A DNA stretch of 63,999 nucleotides, the filler included, from Octopus bimaculoides (Eukaryota): the NCBI RefSeq assembly GCF_001194135.2. It is 4 parts of 4 records of this genome, joined end to end, with 100 filler letters (N's around TTAATTAATTAA, not from the genome) between each part and the next. Parts side by side here need not be neighbours in the genome. Positions count along the whole stretch, not along the records: positions 1 to 30,969 come from NC_068982.1; 3 more parts are not named here. The stretch is one strand, 5' to 3'. The notes under the pieces were generated by a model, which saw only the letters and a program-made list of their open reading frames with translations, did not search any database and was not told where the DNA came from. This document shows, in pieces, positions 12,013 to 24,520 of this stretch (position 1 is its first letter; each line of letters begins with the position of its first letter). The position numbers and the translations under genes are program-made.

Positions 12013-12600
12013 GCTTTATAACCTAGATCGATGCAAGTGGATAATTCCCTACATTCGCTACACAATTTTGTTCTACCTTCGTAATAGATAATGTATTAGA
12101 TTGTATACAGACATTCTACTATATATAAGAATACTTCTGACATGTTACTGTCAGCATGTTAATACAAATCGCTCTTGTATGCTACTTACTTTGGTTAATC
12201 ATAATTTGGTCTCACCTTCGTAATAGATAATGTATTAGACCGTATCCAGACATTCTACCACTTAGATCAAGACATTTGAATAATTCCTTACCTTGTTAAC
12301 CCTAATCTGTTTTCATCCTAATGATAGATAAGGTATTAGACCATTTTCGGACATTCTGCTATTTGTAAAAAGAACTATTTTTCATTGATGCTGTCGCCAT
12401 AAATACAAATAGTTCCTATATGCTAACTACACCTAAACTTCCATGCAATTATTAAAACTTCACTTATAAACTTTTAGCCTAGATCAATGGCAAATGATTA
12501 ATTCCCTAACTCGGCTAATCATAGTTTGGTCTCTACCTTAGTAACAGGTAATATAATAGACCATATTCAGACATTCTGTTATTTGTAAAATGCATTTTAC
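12013..12600. repeat. Degenerate modular tandem repeat
   Basis: Module GTAATAGATAATGTATTAGAC...CAGACATTCT recurs at about 12081, 12221, 12321 and 12541, with recurring CTAGATC..AATTCCCT..TTTGGTCTC modules between. Confidence 0.8.
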
Positions 12601-12964
12601 CCTTTGAGATATAACCTTTTTGTCTATTACATTTAATGCTTGAACTATTTTTTTACATGTTCAAATTGGTATCCTATAATGATCGTATGATCGTGTAACT
12701 CTAGATCTTTACACCACTATATGCTCCTGTTTGTCTCTATCTTAGATAATACTTCCTTTTTAATTTATTATAAATGATACATTAAATTTACTTTTATAAT
12801 CCAGTTGATGTATTCAAACTAATAGAAGTGTTTACGTTGTAGCATTATGGACCGGCTGTATATTTATATCCATATGCTTCTGTATGAGCCTGAACACACA
12901 CTTGTTATATTAAAATATCTATATGTACATGTATGTATTTCTACGTCTGTGTATTCCTAGGTAT

Positions 12965-13135
12965 ATATATATATGATCGAGTTGGATGGCGAACAAGGGT
13001 GTGGAGTGGAGTGAAAGCATTTGAAGAGGCCAGGATGATGCAAGCAGGGCTCAAGAGATTTTTAAGGAAAAATGTAATGACTGAGAAGGTGAATGACAAG
13101 GACCTTTTTGTGTGCACAGTCTGTGACAGACCATG
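12965..13135 (+). mobile_element. RTE-clade LINE 3' fragment
   Basis: DRVGWRTRVWSGVKAFEEARMMQAGLKRFLRK...FVCTVCDRP matches the RTE C-terminal DR..WR..V..G...FE..R....KR..RK..C..C.R.C motif; runs into a gap. Confidence 0.8.
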
Positions 13136-13724
13136 NNNNNNNNNNNNNNNNNNNNNNNNNNNNNNNNNNNNNNNNNNNNNNNNNNNNNNNNNNNNNNNNN
13201 NNNNNNNNNNNNNNNNNNNNNNNNNNNNNNNNNNNNNNNNNNNNNNNNNNNNNNNNNNNNNNNNNNNNNNNNNNNNNNNNNNNNNNNNNNNNNNNNNNNN
13301 NNNNNNNNNNNNNNNNNNNNNNNNNNNNNNNNNNNNNNNNNNNNNNNNNNNNNNNNNNNNNNNNNNNNNNNNNNNNNNNNNNNNNNNNNNNNNNNNNNNN
13401 NNNNNNNNNNNNNNNNNNNNNNNNNNNNNNNNNNNNNNNNNNNNNNNNNNNNNNNNNNNNNNNNNNNNNNNNNNNNNNNNNNNNNNNNNNNNNNNNNNNN
13501 NNNNNNNNNNNNNNNNNNNNNNNNNNNNNNNNNNNNNNNNNNNNNNNNNNNNNNNNNNNNNNNNNNNNNNNNNNNNNNNNNNNNNNNNNNNNNNNNNNNN
13601 NNNNNNNNNNNNNNNNNNNNNNNNNNNNNNNNNNNNNNNNNNNNNNNNNNNNNNNNNNNNNNNNNNNNNNNNNNNNNNNNNNNNNNNNNNNNNNNNNNNN
13701 NNNNNNNNNNNNNNNNNNNNNNNN

Positions 13725-14670
13725 GCTGTGTATGGAGAGGGTGCCATAGCTGAAAGAACCGCTCGTGATTGGTTTGCTTAGTTAAAAAATGGAAATTTTG
13801 ACCTCAATGACGCACCTCGTTCTAGCCGTGCAGTTGAGTTCGATGAAGAGCGATTAAACCAACTTTTGCACGAAAATTCTCATCAAACGACAAGAGCATT
13901 GGCAGAGAAAATGGAATGCTCCCACACTGCTATAGAGAAGCATCTTCACTCGATGGGAAAGGTTCAGAAGTATGGAGCATGCTTTCCACATGCTTTAAAG
14001 GACAACAACAAAAATCAACGAACCACAATCTCCGCTGGTTTGCTTGCTCGTCACCGCTCAACTCATGGAGACAAGCAACGATTTCTTTACCGGATCGTTA
14101 CAGGCGACACTGCGCGTGAAACAAGATCATCATCCGCGTAAAACGATGTTGTGCATACGGTGGGACTGGGAAGGGATTATCCATTACGAATTGCTTGAAT
14201 GGAACAAACGGTCAACGCGGAACTATATGTTCAACAGATGGAACGACTCAACACGGCTATTCAAGAGAAAAGACCTAATCGGCACCATGGAGCTCTGCTT
14301 CACAACAACGCCCGCCTCATATCACCAATATCACCAAGGATGCCATTCAACCGCATGGCTGGGAAGTGCTGCCACACCCACCGTACTCTCCCGATTTGGC
14401 ACCAACGGATTTTCACTTCTTTCGATCTCTTTCGAATGCTATGCGCAGAGTTTTGTTGAATATTGATGCAGAATTGAGAGCTTGGTTGGATCAATTTTTC
14501 GAGTCGAAATCGGGTGACTTCTACCAACGGGGTATTGAAAATCTTGCTGAACGTTGGCAAGATGTAAACAACAAGGGTGAATACATTATTGATTAATTAG
14601 TTCTTATTTTTTATTAAACCTTTTTAAAAAATTAAATTTAAAAAAAAACGGCGGGAACTTAGTTGCCAAC

Positions 14671-14676
<6 letters not shown>
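13725..14676 (+). mobile_element. mariner (DD34D) transposon relic with 3' TIR
   Basis: VYGEGAIAERTARDWF, NDAPRSSR, RIVTGD, HPPYSPDLAPTDFHFFRSL...YIID stop. Frameshifts and an internal deletion after TGD. Terminal AACTTAGTTGCCAACCCAA followed by TA of a (TA)n run. Confidence 0.95.
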
Positions 14677-14717
<41 letters not shown>

Positions 14718-14843
14718 CCACTACTTTATTATATCCCCCTCTTCCTAGCTCTCCTGTGTGACCCCTCTGTCTGGCATTCGCCATGAAAGATCGCTAGCCA
14801 TTAAACCTTTTTCTATTTTATATCCCCGTTTATTTCTGTGTTC

Positions 14844-14880
14844 CTTTCTGTCGAAGAGCATAGGCTCGAAATGCAAAAGA
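14844..14880 (+). ncRNA. Minimal hammerhead-like motif, decayed
   Basis: CTTT-CTGTCGA-A-GAGC-ATAG-GCTC-GAAA-TGC-A-AAAG; stems I and II pair but the core has substitutions. Confidence 0.35.
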
Positions 14881-15410
14881 CTCTCACTTTCCGAGCACCA
14901 AACTAATAGATCTGTTTGTTGTTTACCCATGAATTACACTGGACACTTTCTTTGATGAGAAATCGCTCCAATACACCACGACGTTTGAACCTTTTGAACT
15001 TTTCTAAACTTTTTTGTACTTTCTGCTTTTTCCTATTGTCACAGCAAAACGGGTTGTATAGAATCTCAACCTAATCCGACAACTGCTAGGCGACCCTCAA
15101 ACGCCTTGAAGTTGGAACATAGTATACGCAACGATCAATTCTGTTCAAAAGCGGTATACTGTTCCCTTTCTCGACCATTTTCTTTTTTCTTCTTAGAGAA
15201 ATTTATGTGGACACATCCAGGCAACCCCAACAAATGTTTTAAAACGTTCTGAGTCAAATTTACAAAAAGCTAATTTGAAAAATTCCTGAAATAAGATGAA
15301 AAACTTAAGAAATATTAGGTTTCTTTCTATTGCAACAATAATTCTATTGCAACAATAATTTCTATAGAATCAAAAACTTAATGTGAACACCGAACACTGA
15401 ATATTGGACA

Positions 15411-16550
15411 TTACTTTTGCATAAGAGAAGATTTAGTGGCAGTTGTATATGTTTTACGGTTTTCAGTAAGGATCTGTAAAACAAAGTGCTTCTGAGGTTC
15501 ATCATTTGTGAGAATGTTATTGTAATCCTGAATGAGTTTGACACCTCTTTCTGCAACATCATTCACAACAACTGACTTCTCAAGTTTTTCAAGTTCACTT
15601 TTGTAACTAGGATCATCCTTCCATGTTGAAGGGTCTTTGTCGAGAAAATCGGTGCTGGCAGAAAATCTCGTGAAGAAAGTTTTGTACCAAGATTTACAAA
15701 AGACGAAAACTCGATGCTTGTAGAGGAACAAAGTCATTTTGCTGCAGAATGTACCTTTTCAGTTGATTTTTTTCTTCTTCACCTGTGTCTGCTTTCAGCA
15801 TAGCTTGAGCAATATTTGCCTTCGCCTCTGTTGGAACATTATCATCAACTATGGATAGAGCCACAGTTTCAGGAGTTAAGAACCAGAGATGGTTGGAAAA
15901 TTTATTCGCAGCAGCCTTACTGATTTCTGGATTAATATGCTGATAATTTATTAGTTGACGCATGAATAGGAAACCATGATAAGGTGCTTTAATTGCTTCT
16001 GATGACAGAAACCAGGCTCGAACAAACACTCGAGCAAGAAAAACTGGTATTCTTCTTAAAGACTTCCCCCCAGGAGACAACTGAAATTGATCTTGAAATA
16101 GGTATATCTTGAATGCGTGAATTACTCTTTACATCCACATAACATGACTTACAGCTCCTGGAGTACGAAATGATATTCCGTTCTTCAAAATGCCGCCAAT
16201 TAAAATCATTGTTAACTCCAACAATTCTCGGTAATCATTTCGCTGGTGTTTCTGCGTAAAAATGTAGTATTCAAGAAATCCAAGAATGGTGGAGCAGATA
16301 TCATCAGGCACTTTATTGCTAACAGTTATGTAAATTTTCTTGTTGAGTTTCGTCCAAGTTTCTTTAAATCTTTTGAAAAACGCTGTCTAGACCAGTAGTT
16401 GCACCCATCAATGAATCAAAACAGCTCCTAAAAACTAGTTCAAAAATATGATGACAGCAAGGGAAATACAAACAGGTCACGATTGAATAATTTTTCTAGA
16501 TTTGTACAGGCAACATTTACACGACCTGAGTTACTTGCTGTCGTATCACA
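15411..16550 (-). pseudogene. hAT-superfamily (hATm-like) DDE transposase pseudogene
   Basis: Fragments DTTASNSGR, PCCHHIFELV (CxxH), RNDYRELLEL..FRTPGAVSH..WM, NHLWFLTPETVAL and VVNDVAERGVKLIQDYN; several frameshifts and stops. The hATm label is inference. Confidence 0.8.
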
Positions 16551-16688
16551 GCTAGAAATAACAGTCAAAACAGATCACTAATACACACTGGTGAATTCAC
16601 CAGTATGTAGTAGTGATAACTGTGGTTTTGAGCTGTTTTGACTCTTATTTCTAGCATTGCTGCGTACTCTCTTGTACCCTGATTATGA

Positions 16689-16740
<52 letters not shown>

Positions 16741-16849
16741 GTGCACTCACACAAATATGTGTGTGAAGAGGTTTGTTATATATAGATATATTTTCTATTA
16801 ACAAGTGTAATAATGATACGGCGCATAAGTCACTTCCACAAAATAGAAT

Positions 16850-17900
16850 GTACCAAGTCAGACCTTCGTAAGATGATTAAAATGTTAGGTCTTAAGATGT
16901 TGGCCAGGAGTTTTAATATCATCTTGAATAATGGTTTAAGTACGTGCAAAAGTTTCACAAATATTAATCATTTATCAAATAATACGAAGTGAACAAAAGC
17001 ACGTATTATATTCTTCTTCCTAAGAATATCAATAATGTCTATAAAAAGTTAATCCTTGGACGTAAGACCTTAAAAGGAAAGAAATAGCAACTAAAAACTT
17101 CGAAACGCGGGATAAAGTGACTGAAGATAACTTGACTAACAGAACAATGTTTAGAGGGGACATTTTCCTTATATTACATTCAACCACTATGCTGGTGTTT
17201 TTTTTAGAAACCCATAGAGCACACTGAAAAATCTTGATAAGTGTGAGTTATGTGACATTAGTAAAGTCATTTTAGGATCGATTAATTTTAATAGCCACCA
17301 AGGAACTAAGTAACCGTTATCGAATAATAGTACTTCGGTAATCAAGTGAATCTATTTGCCAACTCATACAGGCACAGCGAATTTTCGAGCTATTTAATAA
17401 CGCACAAAGCTATTAAATCCACTTTAAATTTAGCTTTCTTTCATATGCCGTCATGACTACGACCTGTATCTGTGATCAGGTCGCAGCTGTGCGGCAATAA
17501 TTTTGATACCACATTGAAATAAATTTACAATTAAGTGAATTTAACAGCTCTGTGTGTTGTTAAAGATTTTCACTGTGTAAATGCTTCAGCTTTAGTGAAT
17601 AATTTCTGGTCGTATCACTTACTAGGCAAGAACTCCAAAATATCTAAAACCATTTCTCCAAAAGAAGCTTAGTATTTGGAAAGACATTTCTGCCAATCTG
17701 TGATACTATTATGGACAATTTCATATTGCCAGGAAAACTTCTATTTTTCTAAAATATTTACTTGATAAAAATATTTTCAGAACTTCTAGACAATTTAATG
17801 GAGGTGACAGATCTATGAATATACTCGGTTAAGATATTTCATTTGGTTTACACAGATGATTGTCTTTGAATTTTCGTATTATTGAATTTTCGTATTATTG
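16850..17900 (+). mobile_element. Penelope-like RT relic, heavily decayed
   Basis: FPYITFNHYAGVFFRNP*STLKNLDKCELCDISKVILGSINF resembles the same RT motif seen at 7130-7300. Confidence 0.5.
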
Positions 17901-18074
17901 CTGGAGTTCGTTGAAGCTTCCATCTTGACTATTTCATTTATAAAATATTAGTTGATTCGAGAGTATAGAATGTGGCATTCGCCCAAACTGCCATGCAATG
18001 GGACGGAACCTAGAATCTCGTGATTGCGAAACGAAATTTTAACCATGCTTACATAAACACACGCGTGCGCGCAC

Positions 18075-18400
<326 letters not shown>

Positions 18401-19325
18401 CTTGGCTTATGATAAATAAGTTGTGAAATATATGAATGAGTAAATAAATTCATAAATAATGATAGGTGCTGATGCCGAAGGCGTGCATAAATATAGATAT
18501 GTTTATATATGGAAGTAAGTTTATTTATATGTAAGTAGACAGACAAGCGACTGTTTAGTAGACAAATGACATATACAACTTAAACATGTGAATGTGTATT
18601 CAGCTGGTGTGCATTAGTCAAAGCCGAGCGTTATCAAAAGGTGAATAAATGTTTATGATGCTACACACTGTGCTTCAGGTGCTGCAGATTAAAATTGCAT
18701 CACGAAGAGAATAACTTCAACCAGAGATGAATCAATATAAGATGTAAATGCTATAAATTAAGAGACAATAAACAAGTATAAATATGAAGGAAATTAAAAT
18801 TTAAATAAATAAATAAATATTTTATTTAAATAACACAAAACATATAATAAGCAAAATAGGAGATGATATTAAGTATGCTATATATTCGTGCGTGCATGTA
18901 TATATATATATGTATATAATGAATATATGTATTATATATATACACGTATATATATGCATATATATATATATAGTATGCCTATATATTATATAAGACACAC
19001 ACACATACACACACACACACATGCATACACATNNNNNNNNNNNNNNNNNNNNNNNNNNNNNNNNNNNNNNNNNNNNNNNNNNNNNNNNNNNNNNNNNNNN
19101 NNNNNNNNNNNNNNNNNNNNNNNNNNNNNNNNNNNNNNNNNNNNNNNNNNNNNNNNNNNNNNNNNNNNNNNNNNNNNNNNNNNNNNNNNNNNNNNNNNNN
19201 NNNNNNNNNNNNNNNNNNNNNNNNNNNNNNNNNNNNNNNNNNNNNNNNNNNNNNNNNNNNNNNNNNNNNNNNNNNNNNNNNNNNNNNNNNNNNNNNNNNN
19301 NATATATATAATGTATATATATATT

Positions 19326-19387
<62 letters not shown>

Positions 19388-20299
19388 CACACACGCACGC
19401 ACATGCATATATATATATATAGTATGCCTATATATTATATAAGACACACACACATACACACACACACACATGCATACACATATATATATTTATGCATGTG
19501 TGTATGCGTATCTTTCTAACTACATACACGCATACACAAGATACATCTCCAAAAACGTATATACCAACGCACACACGCATATACACTTGCATACACTTGT
19601 GTGTATGTGTATGTATGTTTGTACATATTCGTGTTATATATATATATATACATATGCACACACACGCATACATATAATACTTATATATACACATACATTC
19701 TATTAAAGAAAGCACTGGAAGTAATCGATTTTTCTTCACGTCTTTCGACAGATAAAAAGAAATTAATAATCAACGGTATTGTGTTCAGTCAACCAGAACA
19801 TTGTAATGTCTATTTTGTTTTACAGAAGCTATAAAATTTTATCGAACCTTTCACTTATTACAAAACGCTTCCTCTCGCCCTTTTTTCTTTTCCGTATGTT
19901 TTCACTTTAATTCTTGTTTTATCTTCATACTAACTTAATATTACTTTTGTTATTAATTATATTCCACTATTAATGTTTGACTGTGTTAAAATACCGAAAT
20001 AAGGAAAAAAGAAAAAAAAACGAGGAAAGAGAAAGAGATAGATGTGGGTGGAAATTGTAATGGCGATTTGAGTGTGGATGGCAGACGAGAGATGGGCAGG
20101 GAATGTGGAGCGGAGAGAGTTGATGTAAGGAACTGAGTGTAGAGACAGGGAAGTGGTGGTGGTGGTGAAAGAAAAGGAATATCGAGGAGACTGTGTGCGT
20201 GTGGAGGAAGTGGAGGTGACAAAGAAGAATTTCCCTCGAAAAAACAAAAAACAAAAAAAAAACACGGGATAAAATCATAAATATATAGAGTAACAAAAA

Positions 20300-20480
20300 T
20301 AAATCGCAATCTCGATGATAATGATGACGATGATGATGATGATGATGATGGAGGACAAGAGGGGAAGGAGGAGGAGGAGGATGGTGATAGTGGTTGATGC
20401 TGCTGTTGATGATGATGCGGAGGAGGAGGAGGAGGAGGAGGTGGAGGTGGAGGTGGTGGGCGATGATGATGATGACATGA
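20300..20480. repeat. Compound (GAT)n/(GGA)n/(GGT)n trinucleotide tract
   Basis: Directly visible. Confidence 0.9.
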
Positions 20481-20792
20481 AGAATAATAATTTCCTTTAT
20501 AGCTGCCATTATTAGATTTGGCGTAAGGGCAGCATTAATACAAACATTAGAATAAAATAAATACTTGTGAGTAAGCGTCATGTGTATATTTATAAACATA
20601 TACATACACACACACACACATACACACATACACACATACACACATACGCAGGTGTTTAAAATATTTAGTGTCTAGACTACGTATAAGATATATCATACAA
20701 AATGAAAGATGCATTATATACAATATATATACTTGGATTATGTATGCATTTATACATACACAGGCGAACGCATTTATATGAAGTATCATGCC

Positions 20793-20885
20793 TGTCTTTG
20801 GTCTGTCTGTCTTTGGTCTGTCTGTCTTTGGTCTGTCTGTCTTTGGTCTGTCTGTCTTTGGTCTGTCTGTCTGTCTGTCTGTCTT
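20793..20885. repeat. 15-bp minisatellite (TGTCTTTGGTCTGTC) x5 grading into (CTGT)n
   Basis: Five exact units visible. Confidence 0.95.
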
Positions 20886-21002
20886 TCTTGTTCGTCTATT
20901 TGTCTATCAGTCTGTCTGTCTGGCTGGCTGTGTGTGTGTATATATGAATGTTTATATGTATGCATGTATGTATGTATGTATGTATGTATGTATGTATGTA
21001 TG

Positions 21003-21170
21003 TATCAGAGGTGCAATCTGTGTGGGTGTTTTTTCAAAACAGTGTCTGGTTTAAAAAGCCACATCAGACGCCATGAAAGGGCTAAGGTGTAGGTGCAGGA
21101 GGTGGTCAAACTCTGTTTAAGGAGTAGACAACCACCACCACCATGTATGTATGTATGTATGTATGTATGT
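21003..21170 (+). mobile_element. RTE-clade LINE extreme 3' end with (TATG)n tail
   Basis: RCNLCGCFFKTVSGLKSHIRRHERAKV stop (terminal C2H2 finger of the RTE ORF), short UTR, then (CAC)n/(TATG)n. Confidence 0.65.
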
Positions 21171-22719
21171 AGTCTTCTCTGGCAAGACGGGAGTCGAAAC
21201 ATCTGGCTATGTTATAAGAAGACAAACATTGAGTTCTTTTCGTTACTACAATAAACCGAGCGGAATGTATTCGCATCTGTATGTTTGTGCGTATATATGT
21301 GGCCATACCTATGTGTGGGTGGCACACATATATATATACACACACAAGCACATATATTCTATGTGTGCGTGTGTGTATTTATTCAAAAACGCCAAATTTT
21401 CCCCTCATCATTTTTATTATTATTGAAATTTTTTATTTTTAATATAAATTTTTTTATATGAAATATAATACTAATACTAATGCTAATACTTATATTTAAA
21501 AATCACAAACTGTAAATATTGTTAATAATGTTTATTCTTCACAGAAGAAAGTCACAATTTAGGGTAAGATGTTTTAGTCGATTAGTCTGACATAGAAATT
21601 GACTATTTAATGTATAAGAATGGGACATTTAATTTAATGTAACGGCGTGCAAAAAATAAGTAATTAAAGGAATTTATTAGTAAATTCTTGTCACTGTTTT
21701 ATATTNNNNNNNNNNNNNNNNNNNNNNNNNNNNNNNNNNNNNNNNNNNNNNNNNNNNNNNNNNNNNNNNNNNNNNNNNNNNNNNNNNNNNNNNNNNNNNN
21801 NNNNNNNNNNNNNNNNNNNNNNNNNNNNNNNNNNNNNNNNNNNNNNNNNNNNNNNNNNNNNNNNNNNNNNNNNNNNNNNNNNNNNNNNNNNNNNNNNNNN
21901 NNNNNNNNNNNNNNNNNNNNNNNNNNNNNNNNNNNNNNNNNNNNNNNNNNNNNNNNNNNNNNNNNNNNNNNNNNNNNNNNNNNNNNNNNNNNNNNNNNNN
22001 NNNNNNNNNNNNNNNNNNNNNNNNNNNNNNNNNNNNNNNNNNNNNNNNNNNNNNNNNNNNNNNNNNNNNNNNNNNNNNNNNNNNNNNNNNNNNNNNNNNN
22101 NNNNNNNNNNNNNNNNNNNNNNNNNNNNNNNNNNNNNNNNNNNNNNNNNNNNNNNNNNNNNNNNNNNNNNNNNNNNNNNNNNNNNNNNNNNNNNNNNNNN
22201 NNNNNNNNNNNNNNNNNNNNNNNNNNNNNNNNNNNNNNNNNNNNNNNNNNNNNNNNNNNNNNNNNNNNNNNNNNNNNNNNNNNNNNNNNNNNNNNNNNNN
22301 NNNNNNNNNNNNNNNNNNNNNNNNNNNNNNNNNNNNNNNNNNNNNNNNNNNNNNNNNNNNNNNNNNNNNNNNNNNNNNNNNNNNNNNNNNNNNNNNNNNN
22401 NNNNNNNNNNNNNNNNNNNNNNNNNNNNNNNNNNNNNNNNNNNNNNNNNNNNNNNNNNNNNNNNNNNNNNNNNNNNNNNNNNNNNNNNNNNNNNNNNNNN
22501 NNNNNNNNNNNNNNNNNNNNNNNNNNNNNNNNNNNNNNNNNNNNNNNNNNNNNNNNNNNNNNNNNNNNNNNNNNNNNNNNNNNNNNNNNNNNNNNNNNNN
22601 NNNNNNNNNNNNNNNNNNNNNNNNNNNNNNNNNNNNNNNNNNNNNNNNNNNNNNNNNACAACACGAGGACGCGGTACACGCAAAGTATTAATAAGACACT
22701 CGGGGAAGAAAAGAAAAAG

Positions 22720-22757
22720 TGTTTTACGTTTCGAGCAAAATTCTTTCTCCAGAAACA
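22720..22757 (-). ncRNA. Minimal hammerhead-like motif
   Basis: Minus strand TGTTT-CTGGAGA-AAGAATTTTGCTC-GAAAC-GT-A-AAACA: perfect 5-bp stem I and palindromic ACGT stem III; A6 and stem II are degenerate. Confidence 0.4.
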
Positions 22758-23354
22758 GGAGATAGAGGAAAGTCCAAAAGAAAAAGAAGACGGAGATAGA
22801 GAATTGCCAACAATCCACACGTAGTTATATTTTTGAATATATATATATATATATATATATATTTCGTGCTATGCTTAGAAGCAATGCACGTTATCAGAAC
22901 TTTCGACTCGGATCAAATAGAACAAATTGCTTCAAATTCTTGCAAGAATAACCTTGTAAATGGAGTCGAGACAAGATACTTTATACTGGCATCGAATCGT
23001 GTGAAGTTTAATAATTAAGTCAAACCAAATAATGATATTTTAAAATGTTTTAACTGAAGAAAGTTTTGCGTAAGAAATGAATTTCTTCTTATCTTTTACG
23101 TAATGATTTGAAACGTACGCATTAAATGCTTCCAAAATATCACTATCTGGTTTGACTTAGGTAGCGAGCTGGCCGAACCGCTGACAAGTTGGACAAAGCT
23201 CAGTCGATAACTGGATCTCACCGCGTAAATAATAATGATGATAATAATAATAATAATACACCGTTCCCTAAACAGATGCATCTTGTACCACGAGTCAGAT
23301 GTTCAAGCGATCGCAGAGCAACGTGAACAAGAAGAACAACAATAACAATAATAA

Positions 23355-23530
23355 TCCTTTCTACACAAGATCTGAAATTTTGGGGGATAGGGATAGTCGA
23401 TTACATCGACCCCAGTATGCAACTGGTACTTATTTTGTCGACCACGAAAGGATAAAAAGCAAAGTCGACTGCAGTGGAATTTGAACTTAGAACGTGGGCT
23501 TACTAATGATTCCGCCAGCTCGCCGCCCTT
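23355..23530 (-). mobile_element. tRNA-derived SINE family B
   Basis: Shares gtcgattacatcgaccccag...aaagtcgac...gaatttgaact...gattccgccagctcgccgcc with copies at 34826, 38890, 60531 and 60763. Confidence 0.85.
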
Positions 23531-23533
23531 CTT

Positions 23534-23534
<1 letters not shown>

Positions 23535-23572
<38 letters not shown>

Positions 23573-23582
23573 CAACAACAAC

Positions 23583-23614
<32 letters not shown>

Positions 23615-23645
23615 TAATAATAATAATAATAATAATAACAACAAC

Positions 23646-23698
<53 letters not shown>

Positions 23699-23730
23699 TA
23701 ACAACAACAACAACAATAATAATAATAATG
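23535..23730. repeat. (AAT)n/(AAC)n microsatellite
   Basis: Directly visible. Confidence 0.97.
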
Positions 23731-24347
23731 GATCTATTTTAAAACGGGGGCCACATTTTTCATTAATGTTTTACGTAGTGTTTTTGGTACCGAAAGACTT
23801 TCAAACTTCGTATACTTATCTATTTTGTGTTATAGAACAGAANNNNNNNNNNNNNNNNNNNNNNNNNNNNNNNNNNNNNNNNNNNNNNNNNNNNNNNNNN
23901 NNNNNNNNNNNNNNNNNNNNNNNNNNNNNNNNNNNNNNNNNNNNNNNNNNNNNNNNNNNNNNNNNNNNNNNNNNNNNNNNNNNNNNNNNNNNNNNNNNNN
24001 NNNNNNNNNNNNNNNNNNNNNNNNNNNNNNNNNNNNNNNNNNNNNNNNNNNNNNNNNNNNNNNNNNNNNNNNNNNNNNNNNNNNNNNNNNNNNNNNNNNN
24101 NNNNNNNNNNNNNNNNNNNNNNNNNNNNNNNNNNNNNNNNNNNNNNNNNNNNNNNNNNNNNNNNNNNNNNNNNNNNNNNNNNNNNNNNNNNNNNNNNNNN
24201 NNNNNNNNNNNNNNNNNNNNNNNNNNNNNNNNNNNNNNNNNNNNNNNNNNNNNNNNNNNNNNNNNNNNNNNNNNNNNNNNNNNNNNNNNNNNNNNNNNNN
24301 NNNNNNNNNNNNNNNNNNNNNNNNNNNNNNNNNNNNNNNNNNNATCC

Positions 24348-24442
<95 letters not shown>

Positions 24443-24485
24443 AAGAAGAAGAAGAAGAAGAAGAAGAAGAAGAAGAAGAAATAAG

Positions 24486-24520
<35 letters not shown>
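24348..24520. repeat. (AAT)n-(AAG)n-(AAAT)n compound microsatellite
   Basis: Directly visible. Confidence 0.97.

Noticed and set aside
12081-12580. Spaced direct repeats resembling a CRISPR array
   Set aside because: Eukaryotic context, repeats are divergent, spacing is irregular, spacers are homologous to one another, and there are no cas genes.
15986-16010. CTGATGA-CA-GAAAC hammerhead-like string
   Set aside because: No room for stem II, and it lies inside the antisense strand of a transposase coding region.
19986-20240. Pro/Ser/His-rich minus-strand frames after a polypyrimidine-AG
   Set aside because: Low-complexity purine-rich tract, open in several frames, with no convincing donor or homology.
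20315-20515. Acidic poly-E/D ORF
   Set aside because: Compound GAT/GGA/GGT trinucleotide repeat.
21008-21092. C2H2 zinc finger suggesting a host ZNF gene
   Set aside because: A single finger directly followed by a stop, short UTR and simple-repeat tail, matching the RTE LINE C-terminus.
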